64,000 nucleotides of DNA from the human T2T-CHM13v2.0 reference genome, Homo sapiens: the NCBI RefSeq assembly GCF_009914755.1, contig NC_060941.1; one strand, 5' to 3'. Shown piece by piece: positions 16,681-40,689 of the stretch; position 1 is the first letter of the stretch, and every line of letters begins with the position of its first letter. Under the pieces are notes generated by a model that saw nothing but the letters and a program-made list of their open reading frames with translations, made no database searches and was not told the origin of the DNA. A program made the translations under genes and the position numbers.

Positions 16681-16996
16681 GGTCAGGTGCAGTGGCCCAC
16701 ACCTTAATCCCAGCACTTTGAGAGGTCAAGGTGAGAGGATCACTTGAGGCCAGGAGTTTGAGACCAGCCTGGCCAACATGGTGAAACCCCATTTCTACTA
16801 AAAATACAAAAATTAGCTGGGCGTGGTAGCCCACACCTGTAATCCCAGCTACTCAGGAGGCTGAGACAGAAGAATTGCTTGCCCCCAAGAGGCGGAGGTT
16901 ACAGTGAGCTGAGATCGCACCACTGTACTCCAGCCTGGGCAACAGAGTGAGTGAGACTTGATCTCAAAAAAAAAAGAAAAGAAAAGAAAAGAAAAG
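16681..16996 (+). mobile_element. Alu
   Basis: Full dimer with (GAAAA)n tail. Confidence 0.9.
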
Positions 16997-18539
16997 TCAT
17001 TCAGATAGAAAGGTTGGTTCTAGTGTATTTTGATGAGGAAGAGTCAGAAAACCAGCTCCCCAAACTTCAAAGTCATTCCAGGAAAGTTGGTGAGTGAATG
17101 CCTGAGGCCTAGTTTCATAGTATCAGGTGAATAGGGTGGGAACAAAAGGCAGAGGTAGAACAGCTTTGTCCTCACCCCTTGTAGCAAATGTTTTTTTCCT
17201 GATCATCTGCTTTCCTGATGCTTTGGATCATCTGTTCATAGTTGGGGCATGCTTGAAGGATACAAACTTACAATAACCCAAGTGAAACACAGTTAAGCCA
17301 AGGTACTTATCACAAATTTATATAATATCTGCCTTCCCAAATTAAATGTAAATAAATTTTGCAATATCCATGTTGTGGCTTCTCTCTGTAAAACAGGAGT
17401 CTGCTTTTTTACTAAGTGCTTGAAAAAATATATATACTTAAAAGTAATTTCTCGAGGAACCTGTATAGAGAGTGGTATTTAAGAACTTTAGAAGTGAAGT
17501 CCAAATTGGGGTACTGCCAACTTCTTAGCTTTAATGGGTCAAGACCACTTCTCATTAGCACCATTGCCTTCACATTGATGCCACGCTGTGCAGGCAGAAC
17601 CTGCCTTCTGGCAAAGTTGAAAATAATTGAATGTGGCTTGGAGATTCACTGTAAACAGTATTTTCTTGACAAAATGGTCAGTAAGTATGTATCAGAATTT
17701 GGCCTAATATGTGACTGACTGAAACCAGTTTAATAGGTGTATGTATCAGTGGTTTTTACCCAGCACTTGCCTGTGAAAATCACTTTGATGGTATAAAGTC
17801 TGACCTAGAAGTGTGGAGGATGACTAACTGCCCAGCTGAATGATAACGGTTGTATATATTTGAACATGAAGGTGCTATATCTCTTGGGAGAGCTAGAGAA
17901 CATCTGAAAGTGAGTGTTGTTACAATTGTGGCCTAAAGGTAACTGCTTCCATACCTGGGTTTTATTCATCCACAAATTGGGTGAGGACCTGTCTCAACTC
18001 TCCTGAACTTAGGAAGTAGACTCTGGAGAAAGAGACTGTGTGTGTTCCTCCTCATACTTACGTCTGGCTTTGAGGTGAGCTTTTGGCTCTCTCTAAATCA
18101 GAACAGTTTCACTTGGAGTTAGATTTTCATGATTCAGCCCTCTTCGAGGAGAAATTGTAAAAGGCAAAGTGTATATACAATAGTTGAAAATTAAAAGTAC
18201 AAAATGGCAATTTTATGATAGTAGAATATATGTGGTATGACTTTGCCTAGGCTTCAGTTATGTAAAATCAGACTTTATAATGTTTAATTTTTTTCACCAT
18301 TTAACTAACCAGATGAACCTTCATGTTTAAAATCTCTTTTCCCTGTGATCAGATTTTAGTATTCTTTACTGTGGTCATTAAGCTAGAGTGGGTACTTTTT
18401 GCTTTAGTTTATTCATTAATTTACTCATTCAGCAAACATTTGAATCTCTGAGGCATCATGCTGGATGCTGTACTGACGCTTTTTTCTCTTTCTTCCTTTT
18501 CTGCTCAGTTAATAACACATTAAAGATCAAATTTTATAG

Positions 18540-18960
18540 TGTGTACACATGGACACAGTAGAATAATAGGCATTGGAGACTTGGAAAGGTGGGAGCATGG
18601 GAGAGGGGTAGGGGATGAGAAATTATCTGATGGGTACAGTGTACATCAATCTTGTCCAACCCACGGCGCAGGACGGTTTGATTGTGGCCCAACACTAATT
18701 TGTAAACTTTCTTAAAACATGAGTTGTTGTTTTTTTTTTTTTTAAGCTCATCACCTGTCGTTAGTGTTAGTGTATTTTATGTGTGGCCCAAGACAATTCT
18801 TCTTCCGTTGTGGCCCAGGGAAGCCAAAAGATTGGACACCCCTGTCCACCATTGGAGTGATGGTGACACTTAAGAGCCCAGACTTCACCACTGTGCAAGA
18901 AATTCATGTAGCAAAACTGCAGCTGTATCTCTTAACTATAAAAATAAAGTAATAAAAAAA
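18540..18960 (+). mobile_element. L1MA-type 3' end interrupted by MER30 (18647-18844)
   Basis: L1 3' UTR motifs flank a MER30 ending ggaagccaaaagattggacacccctg; flanking repeat aaagatcaaa. Confidence 0.7.
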
Positions 18961-19129
18961 GATCAAACTTAATTTTGGAACACTTTGCTGCACTAATAGA
19001 CTGTACTTTCTTGTGTGCTACAATCAAAATGAGCTTTATGTTTCAGCAGGAAGATAGAGTGAAGATTACAATTTAAGAAACATGAGCTCCCAGTTGTTAC
19101 ACTTTAAAGTTTTTTATTATCTCCTGCAG

Positions 19130-19272
19130 GTTCATCTTCCTTCCTGTACAGTATTTTCAAACTTCCCAGTCATTAAAAATAAGAATATTTCTCATGTTCA
19201 TACCATGGATTTTTCTCCGAGAAGTGGATACTTTGCCTTGGGGAATGAAAAGGGCAAGGCCCTGATGTATAG
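19130..19272 (+). CDS. UTP18: UTP18 coding exon (VHLPSCTVFSNFP...KALMY-R)
   Basis: Acceptor ctgcag|GTT, donor TAG|gtaggt; 143 nt, phase 0/2. Confidence 0.95.
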
Positions 19273-19416
19273 GTAGGTATTATTTATGTTTAAAAGTCAG
19301 AGATACCTATAAACTACTTCTGACAGTATGAAGAGATACTATATATTCCTAATTCTACAGTTAATAAATTGTAGTCTGTTTATCTTGACTCTCATCTTCA
19401 TTATCTTACTTTGGGT

Positions 19417-21064
<1,648 letters not shown>

Positions 21065-22191
21065 TCACCTGGGGAATATATATATTTTTTGGAAAGCACT
21101 ATTTTGAGAATGTCAAATTGAGAAAAAGCCACTTTAATAATATTTCCACTTTCTTCGTGCCTTATGTTTAGATTAGCTTTTGCTGATTTAATAATTCAGT
21201 TTACTCCACTAGATTTAATTGATTTCTTTTTAAAAGGTGTTTCTTTCCCTGTAGCTGTAAGCTGTAAATAAGGGTGTTAACCACAAAGATAACCAAAACT
21301 TATATGCGCTGTCCAGGTTCTTTTCTGTACCCAACATACTTGGCTATAAAACAGGAACAAACAAAACCTAATTGCATCATTGCTAGAAGATATAGGTGAC
21401 AAGGTGGATCTTTAGGGAGAACTAAAGAGCTTTCAGTAGAAAACTTGTGATGTAAATCACAGCCCTCTTGCCTTGCTCCTTGTGTTGGTAGTGAATGCTA
21501 CATAGAACCCTGTGTTTATGTTTGTATGCTTTAGGGAATTCCTGCTTTCAAAACGGACTAAAATCTGGAGTGAAGAAAAGGAGGAATGTAAATTGGTTTT
21601 GAGGAAATAGTTGTGAAAGGAGAATATACCAGACAATAATGTGGTTTACAGTTCTACTTACTTTGAAAGGAAAACAGGTTATACCAGGATAATTTCATCA
21701 GTCTCATTTCAGATCAGATTTGGAGTGGTTCTGTTTCAGTTTGTATTTTATAAAAGGATGCAGATTCTTATTGCACTTAGAATTTTCTTCCAAATCCTTT
21801 GGTATTTTTATAAGTGAAATTTTTTTTTCTCTAAGACCCAAAGGCCATTAGATTTTCCACCAGAGCATTGCTCTTTAGAATGACACTGTTTCTAGCTATA
21901 CCAGTGACTGGAATTGACTGATGACATTTTTATTGTTTATGTCTGATCAGGTATTTCATAGACCCCCCATGTGAAACTTTGGAGTAAGCCTACTCATGTT
22001 ACCTAAAATCTGAGGCGTTCAGATCCTCCAGAATGTCAGATTGAGGAGTCTGAACCTAACTGCCTGGTGTGAATGATTGTGATTACATATTTTTCCCACT
22101 AAAATCTTCCTAAGTGCCCTTCTGTGATCTAATTGAAAACACTGTGGGTAATTACAAAGTTGTTCAGATGACTTATTTTTTACTTTTCCAG

Positions 22192-22216
22192 GTTGCACCA
22201 TTACTCAGACTTCTAA
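22192..22216 (+). CDS. UTP18: UTP18 last coding segment (R-LHHYSDF-stop); the exon continues as UTR to 22230
   Basis: Acceptor ttttccag|G; TAA at 22214-22216; donor GAA|gtaaga after 22230. Confidence 0.92.
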
Positions 22217-23008
22217 AGAGACTATTTGAAGTAAGAAAACCCTTTTCTTACAAATTCTGCAGGTTTTAAGATACACCCATTGCTGTCAGTTGGTGGAAGC
22301 AGCACATTAGCTGAGCTTTGTTTCTCTACCCCTAAGTTACTGCATCTTTATTTAGAGGGGTGGGTTGGAAGTAGATCAGGAACTGTCTAGCTGAAGTTGG
22401 ACCCTCCTTTCTTATCCCAAATCACAGCAATCTGGCTCGGTTCTTCTGAGGTCTGATCTCTAATGTTGCATTCAATAATTCTCATCAAAATTGTAATTAC
22501 TGAACATGTTTAATCCACAAAAGACTTAATAACACAGAGAGATGGGTCTTCAGATATAGCTATAGCTTGTATGAGCTTGAATCCTCTTATTATATATATG
22601 TTTCTTGAGAGATTAGCAGCTTGCTCTGTTTCACAGAGCTAGATAATGGGGCTGGCCATTAGTTCTGCTGCCCAATATTTAAAACCATAGAACATCCTTC
22701 CCTTCTCATGGTGTCCTTTCAGGCCTGAGATGTGGTGGTTCTGAGATTGAGCTTTGCAATTGGCCTCTTCATCACAGTTGACTGTTTGGTCTCCTCAGAG
22801 ATTAATGAATGTTGAGGGACTTTGAGAATGCAGATAGATTTAATTAGGACAAAGGATTTTTAAAGGTACAGGCATTTTGGGCAAAGCTTTAGCAAGGAGG
22901 GGAAAGCAGTTTAGCTCTCCTGTCTCAAAAGATTACATTGCCAGTACGTGTCTGTTGATGACCAGCAGCTATAAATCAGGTATGTAATTTCTTTTGTTCT
23001 TTCCTCAG

Positions 23009-23158
23009 GTCCAGTTGAGTCACAAGAGAAGCCTGTCTTGATATATCATCTCAGAAACTTTCCTGAATATGTGATAATATATGGAAAATGATTTATAGAT
23101 CCAGCTGTGCTTAAGAGCCAGTAATGTCTTAATAAACATGTGGCAGCTTTTGTTTGAA
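23009..23158 (+). other. UTP18: UTP18 non-coding terminal exon (3' UTR)
   Basis: Polypyrimidine tract plus cctcag|G acceptor at 23008/23009; AATAAA at 23131-23136. The 3' end is approximate. Confidence 0.8.
23131..23136 (+). terminator. Polyadenylation signal AATAAA of UTP18
   Basis: Canonical hexamer in the terminal exon with a GT/T-rich tract downstream. Confidence 0.8.
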
Positions 23159-25423
23159 AATAAGTGTATCTGGTTCTTCCCTCCACCCCCAACACACACA
23201 CACAAACTTGGATGCATTTAAGACTAAACATGAGAAATTGGAAACACCTGTCTGTAGCCAAAAATAATATAAGCAGATTTTCTCATACTTCTCATACAGC
23301 TAACCCTGATGCATAGATCTCTTCCTGAATAGATCCCCCTTCCTGAATCGATCCTCCATGCTTTAGGGGATCAGCTAACAGGTAGTCTCTTGAGCTATGG
23401 AGGTCAGTCGGCTTGATATGAGAGCAGTGAAATCTCACGTAGTGAAGTTTGAACTTCCAAGTCTTCCAGGAAAGATGATTTTGGAAATGAAAAGGCTTTT
23501 CTGGCCTTATTACTTCAAATCTTTGTCATTGTCATTTGAAGAGGAGCCATAGTAAACCTGGTAGCCTTGTCCTACAGATTATTAGCCACTGCCCTTCCTG
23601 GAAATGTTCATTATGCCAACTTAAATGTTTAATTTGTATTTCAAGGTTGGCAGCTGGCTCCATAGTTCTCTTATCATAATATAACCTTGCTTGAGACCAG
23701 TCCTTACATTTCTTAGGAAGAACTGACACCATATCGTGCATTTAGGAAGTATTAAAGGGGTTGGGCGGGTGTTACGAGAAGTATCAAGTTAGGTCTAATA
23801 GCTTTTAGCCCCACCCTCTACTAAAACATGGAAGAGAGAAGTCAGGGCGGAGGAGGGAGTTTTTTCAGCAACAGAAAGTAGCTTTGCCCGGTGAAGTAAT
23901 AGGTTCCAGGTCAGTGGAGAGTCCCTTCGTGTCTTCAAGGCTCTCCTGGGTCAGCTGGAGAGGACGTAGGACATAGAGCAGTCCAATAGGTATGGGTTGT
24001 GTTAACTTATCCCAGTGTCTTTCTAAAAGAACATTTTCTGTTGAGATGGACTGTTGCAATCTAATTGTGGAGACCCTTCCCCTACTTCCTCCTTTTTCAG
24101 CAACTTTTTCCATAGTAAATACTATTAATGCTAAAACCTTGAATTCCTGAAACCAGTGGGATTGTTAGTGCTATTTCTCTCTCCCATTGCTAGAGGGCAG
24201 CATTGGATCACATGAATAGTTGAAGGCAAGGCTTTTGGAGCTTTTTGCTGTCACCTTGTCCTTAGCTTCAGCAAAATTGTTTCAGAAATGGACACCAAGC
24301 CTTACATGTGCTTATTTTGCGTATGGTTTTCAGTTCCCAGAAGTGTGACAGTTTATAGGAACTTATCCTACAGAAAATGATGGAAGCAGAGTCTAAATTT
24401 TAACTGTTCTTTGTTAAACTCTCTAGATCATTTTTATACACTACTAGGAGCAGAATAAAGAATCCAGTTCTAATCTCCAAGATAGACAGATGTGCTATTT
24501 GTTCTACAGAGGTGCTACTAATCCTGTGTCTTGTAATGTTTAATATTTTTTCCCCCTCAATGAGAGTTAGGGATTCGAGTCAGACTTTCATTGCGTCTCC
24601 TTGTAACCAGTGCCAAGCTAATTCTTCAAGGAAATGAGATCCATAGCCATGAAATTCTTTACAGATGCTCTTTTGGCAGTTGCTGTGACAGCATGAAAGT
24701 GGCTCATGTCTCTCTGTTTTGGGGGGAACCATCTTGAGCTGTGAGGTGATATTTTGCCATCCAGAGCCACACAGGATGTACTTGGGTATACTTTGAGTGA
24801 TAAATCGACAAGTTGAAATCTTTGATGTATCCCATTCATCTCTCCCCCACATCCTCACTAATAATTAGTGAACCGAAGAATGATTAGTCTTACGAAGACG
24901 TTTCCTCTGTTTAAACAAAGTCCAGGTGAAAAGTCATTTGCCTTACCGATGGACGTTAAGTGTGTGCGTATGTGCGTGTTTCTGGTACGGATATGTAACC
25001 TGTTATAAGCTGACCAGCTGAAGGGTTTGTAGGCATATCTGCACCTCCAGTTTGAGGATGGGATGGAGGCAAGCAAATGCCCATGAAGTCAGGTGCTGGC
25101 TCACAGCTTCGAAGAGTTCTTAAGCTACTTGGGATGATACTTAAATGCATCTGCAAAGTCATTACACAAGAAACAAAGCATTTTCCATTCTTTTAAACTG
25201 GAGGAAATGGAGGCTGGCGGAGAAGGTAGGCTGTGGGGATGTGGATAGCCTTTCCGACCCCCTGGTGCTGTAATTGTGCTGACATCAGTAATACATACAT
25301 AGAATCTCATATAATTCTCGTTCCTCTGTGAGGAAAATAACATTGTCATTTTACAGGAAAGTAAATTGAAGTTTCAAGAGATTGAGCATCTTGGTCCCAA
25401 AGCCATCATTTTGACATAGATCA

Positions 25424-25705
<282 letters not shown>

Positions 25706-25721
25706 TTAGAAACAGATAGGG

Positions 25722-26479
<758 letters not shown>

Positions 26480-26613
26480 TAATGTTAAAGCTTCTCCATT
26501 AACTGTCACATAAGCTAGGTAGTTTAGACTGACTTTAAACTTGAGTTTTTTCTCTAGCCCAATCCCTGCTACAAAGACTGGTTCAAAGCATTATGTTTCC
26601 AATTTTTCTCTGT

Positions 26614-27100
<487 letters not shown>

Positions 27101-27298
27101 CTTAAAAAATCTGACTTGATTACAGACAGAACAAAAAGTTGGCGACAGAGTCAAATTCCATAAAATATTTGAGGGAATTATTCTGAGCCAAATATGAGTG
27201 ACCAAGGCCCGATGCAGACTCTCAAGAGATCCTGAGAACATGTGCCCAAGGTGGTTGGGTTATAGCTTGATTTTAGATATTTTAGGGGGACAGAGGCA

Positions 27299-27750
27299 TG
27301 TAAGGAAAATACATTTTGGGGCCCCCAAATCACTAAGCTAAAGGGAAAAGTCAAGCCAGGAACTGGTTAGAACAAACCTGCCTCCCATTCTATTCAAAGT
27401 CATCCCTGTGCTCACTGAGATAAATGCACATCTGATTGCCTCCTTTGGAGAGGTTAATCAGAAACTCAAAAGAATGCTACTGTTTTTCTCTCACCTACCT
27501 GTGACCTGGAAGCCCCCTCCCTGCTTCAAGTTGTCCTGCCTTTCTGGACAGAACCAATGTACCTCTTAACATATATTGATTGATGTCTCATGTCTCCCTA
27601 AAATGTATAAAACCAAGCTGTGCCCTGACCATCTTGGGCACACATGTTGTCGGGACTCCCTGAGGCTGTGTCACAGGTGCAAGTCCTCAACTTTAGCAAA
27701 ATAAACTTTCTAAATTAACTGAGACCTGTCTCAGATATTCAGGGTTCACA
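27299..27750 (+). mobile_element. 5' LTR (MER4A1-like) of a MER4 provirus
   Basis: TG...CA termini, AATAAA, direct repeat with 43144-43904, followed by a PBS. Confidence 0.88.
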
Positions 27751-27753
27751 TTT

Positions 27754-27771
27754 TGGTAACCACAAAGGAAC
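27754..27771 (+). other. Primer-binding site (tRNA-Arg-like, tggtaaccacaaaggaac)
   Basis: TGG-initiated 18-mer just after the 5' LTR; resembles the Arg PBS TGGC(A/G)ACCACGAAGGGA. Confidence 0.6.
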
Positions 27772-28913
27772 TCTGAGTGGAGGTGCCTCCCGGCCTTTGA
27801 CAAATCTCCTATTGGTGCTTGGTACCATCTTGAGCTGTCTTGATGGCTCAAACCAATAGGGCAATTTGCTGAGGCCTGGAAGCACGCCCTCCAGAGAATC
27901 CCTGATCTCTCAAAATTTGGTCAAGATCTGAAGTTTATTTTGCTTTACAACTCCTTTTTTTCTTGTGAGTTTTATTTGCTTCCTCCAGCACAAGGAAGGC
28001 TAGTTTTCCTGCTTCCATGACAAATAGGTTACTCCTTTAGGGCTTTGAGCTTGCTCCCAACAGGGAAGGCAAATTTGAGGGTTTTTTTTCCTGCTTCTAG
28101 GATAATAGAGAGCAGTCTCCAGCCTGAGACCTGTCCCTAGGTAAGTAACTGAATTGGGGTTTGTCTTGGCTAAAGTTAAGGTTAACAACCAACTGGTCTT
28201 CATTTCTCCTTACCATTAGAGTGCTCAGTAATCATTTAAGTTGTGCAATTGTTTGTTTTGCTTAACGGTTTTGTTGTTGTTTGTCTCTGTTTTTGTTCTT
28301 TCAACCTTTTTCCCATTGGGTTTGACCAACTGTATCTGACTTGATCAAGTCCAAAGAAAGTTTCAAATTATGGGGAACAAGCCCTCTGAATTGGCTAAAT
28401 TCCCAACATACACAAAAAGGTGGACTTGTTATGTAAATAAAGCCCTTAAGTAGTCCAAATAAACAATCTTTCCTTTTTTTTCCCCTCTTGCTGGCTGTTT
28501 TTCAATTCCCCCATACTCCCCCAACACCCCCCTTCCCACACACACAAAGGTGGTATGGTGAGGGGAGAAAAATGGCCAGGAAAAAGAAAAAAAAAAAGGA
28601 AAGATATTTGATTTTGATTACTTAAGGGGCTTTATTTACATAAGAAGGCCACCTTTTGGCTAGCCAGGCCAAACTGTAAGAGCAATGGCTGTTACCCTAC
28701 AGTGGAGTTCCATAGCCAATGTTCTGCCTTCTTTTTATCACCACGACAGCCTGGGTTTTGTCCCTAAATGAAGCCCTTTCTGGTTTAATACTTGGTACTT
28801 CTGAAATAGCAGCAATTTGTCCTATTTGAAATATGGTAATGAAATCTAAAAATATTTTTTTAAAAGGAGCTCAATGGTTAAAAGTCAGCTCAATTAAAAG
28901 CTAACATCGAAGA

Positions 28914-28915
<2 letters not shown>

Positions 28916-28955
<40 letters not shown>
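28916..28955 (+). repeat. (GT)n microsatellite
   Basis: Seen directly in the sequence. Confidence 0.95.
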
Positions 28956-28957
<2 letters not shown>

Positions 28958-29114
28958 TGTTTGTATTTTAAAGGCCTTCATTTTTTTTTCCTCTTAGGAC
29001 CTTGTCTTTTTTTTGAACAAAACCTTTTTTCTTCTCTGTTGACTGAATTCTGTTTTCTTTATTTGCTTCTGCTGTCCCTCCTTTCTCTTGCACCCTCTGC
29101 TGCATGAAGACCTA

Positions 29115-29543
<429 letters not shown>

Positions 29544-30174
29544 TCAAACTGCTTTCTTTTGTATTGTGTTACCTGATTTTTTAAACTAAAATAGTTATTG
29601 CAACAGAGGCAACTCTTGGGTTGTTAAGGAAGAATGTAGTTTAGACACTTAGAAATGTCTTTGTTAAAAAAATTTTTTTTGAGTGCACTGGAAAAGCATG
29701 AGGTCTAGCCTCATAGTAATTCTCCCTTTTTGGAGATCCAGGATTCAGTGTGGGCTCTGCCCAGAGATCAGAGATCCACTTAAAAGGCAGATAGTCCGTA
29801 TCTAAATAAAATTGGTTTCCTTATACAATCCTATGATAGATTTCTATAATTTTATGTTTGATTTGGCATCCATCTTTAATCTCCCTCTAGCAACACCAGA
29901 CTTTTTCTCTCTGTACCTTGAGATGTAAATTTTGTTACCTGATTTTTCACCTAAGAGTTGTTTCCTTCGATATGCAGATTTAAGGCAATTTAGCTGACAA
30001 CTGCCAGGGTAATGAAACAGGTTATGAAGAGTTTGCAAGTCTAAGACAGGAAAAAAAAAAAGTAGGTCTTATGAATCTATAAGATGTACTTCTACTGGTA
30101 TGCCTAATATGTCTATGTAATTATGTATTGTGTACACAATGTTTCACTACTAAAAATATATAAAAGCTCTAATT

Positions 30175-36294
<6,120 letters not shown>

Positions 36295-36782
36295 AAAAGC
36301 TCTAATTAAGTGGCTTAAAGAAAAATAAAAGCAATTAAATCAAATACTTTGTCAGAAAAAATGGAAAGACTAGTCAAATGCTTTTTCAAGTTTACGTGAC
36401 TTAAGTAAAATCTTTAATAAATAAGCTGTCTTTAAAATTATTGGTAAAGTAATATTAGAAATGTCTTAAGAATTGCCAGCATGCATTTTTGTTTGTATTT
36501 ATTGTTCAAGCAATTTCACACTTATCCCTGCCAAATACTATAAGGTGTCAAAATTTTGGTATAGGGGTTACAAAACTATAAATCCAGTCCCAAACAGAAT
36601 GATCTTTGCTTGTATAATTTTTAATAAAGAAGACATTGACATTGGTCTAATGAAGATAGCTACATCTTGAATTATTTACTAAAATACCGTAACCTCTAAT
36701 CTTGTGGCTTTAGGCAGTCTAGTGTACAGGCAGGAAGGAGGTCTGTTTTGGGAAAGGACTGTTATTGTCTTTGTTTCAAAGC

Positions 36783-37263
36783 TGTATTAATCAGGGTTCT
36801 TTAGAGGGATAGAACTAATGGAATATATAAATATACATATATTTATATAATATATATATTTATATATATGTAAAGGGGAGTTAATATTAAGTGTTAACTC
36901 ACACAATCACAGGGTCCCACAATAGGCCATCTGCAGGCTGAGGAAAAAGGAGGGTCAGTTCGACTTCCAAAACTGAAGAACTTGGAGTCCAATTTTCAAG
37001 GGTAGGAAGCATCCAGCACGGGAGAAAGAAGTAGGCTGGGAGGCTAAGCCAGTCTCTCTTTTTACATTTTTCTGCCTGCTTCTATTCTAGCCGAGCTGGC
37101 AGTTGATTAGATTGTGCCCACCCAGATTAAGGGTGGGTCTGACTTTCCCAGCTCACTGACTTAAATGTTAATCTCCTTTGGCAACACCCTCACAGACACA
37201 CCGAGGATCAATACTTTGTATCCTTCAATCCAATCAAGTTGACACTCAGTATTAACCATCACA
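36783..37263 (-). mobile_element. MLT2A1 (HERV-L) solo LTR
   Basis: Reverse complement starts TGTGATGGTTAATACTGAGTGTCAACTTGATTGGATTG; perfect 5-bp TSD aaagc. Confidence 0.88.
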
Positions 37264-37734
37264 AAAGCTGAAGTATAAACTAAGATCCTCCCAAAGTTAG
37301 TTTTGCCTATGCCCAGGAATGAACAAGGACATCTTGGCAGTTAGAAGCAAGATGGATTAAATCATATCTTTTTCACTGTCTCAGTTATAATTTTGCAATG
37401 GCGGTTTCATAACTTTAAATGATGACTATTGCAGTTTTCATAAATAATCTAGGTAAACAAAATAAAATAATTAGGTAAATGTAATGGCAGAAATACTTGT
37501 AGACAAACTTGTCATAATTTAGAATCTAAACTTATGTTAAATAATAGATATTTCATTATTTGGGTATTTTCCAATAAAAATATATGGTAGGAAAACATTC
37601 CTTCTTAAAAAAAGATTTGTTTTGAAAAAGGAGAATAATTTTTGTCTAATTCAATGCTTATTTAAAGGTTATGTATAAGCAAGGTAAAAGGAACCAGGAA
37701 ATAAGAGAGATGTAAAGAAAGTTATAGAAATAAA

Positions 37735-40689
<2,955 letters not shown>

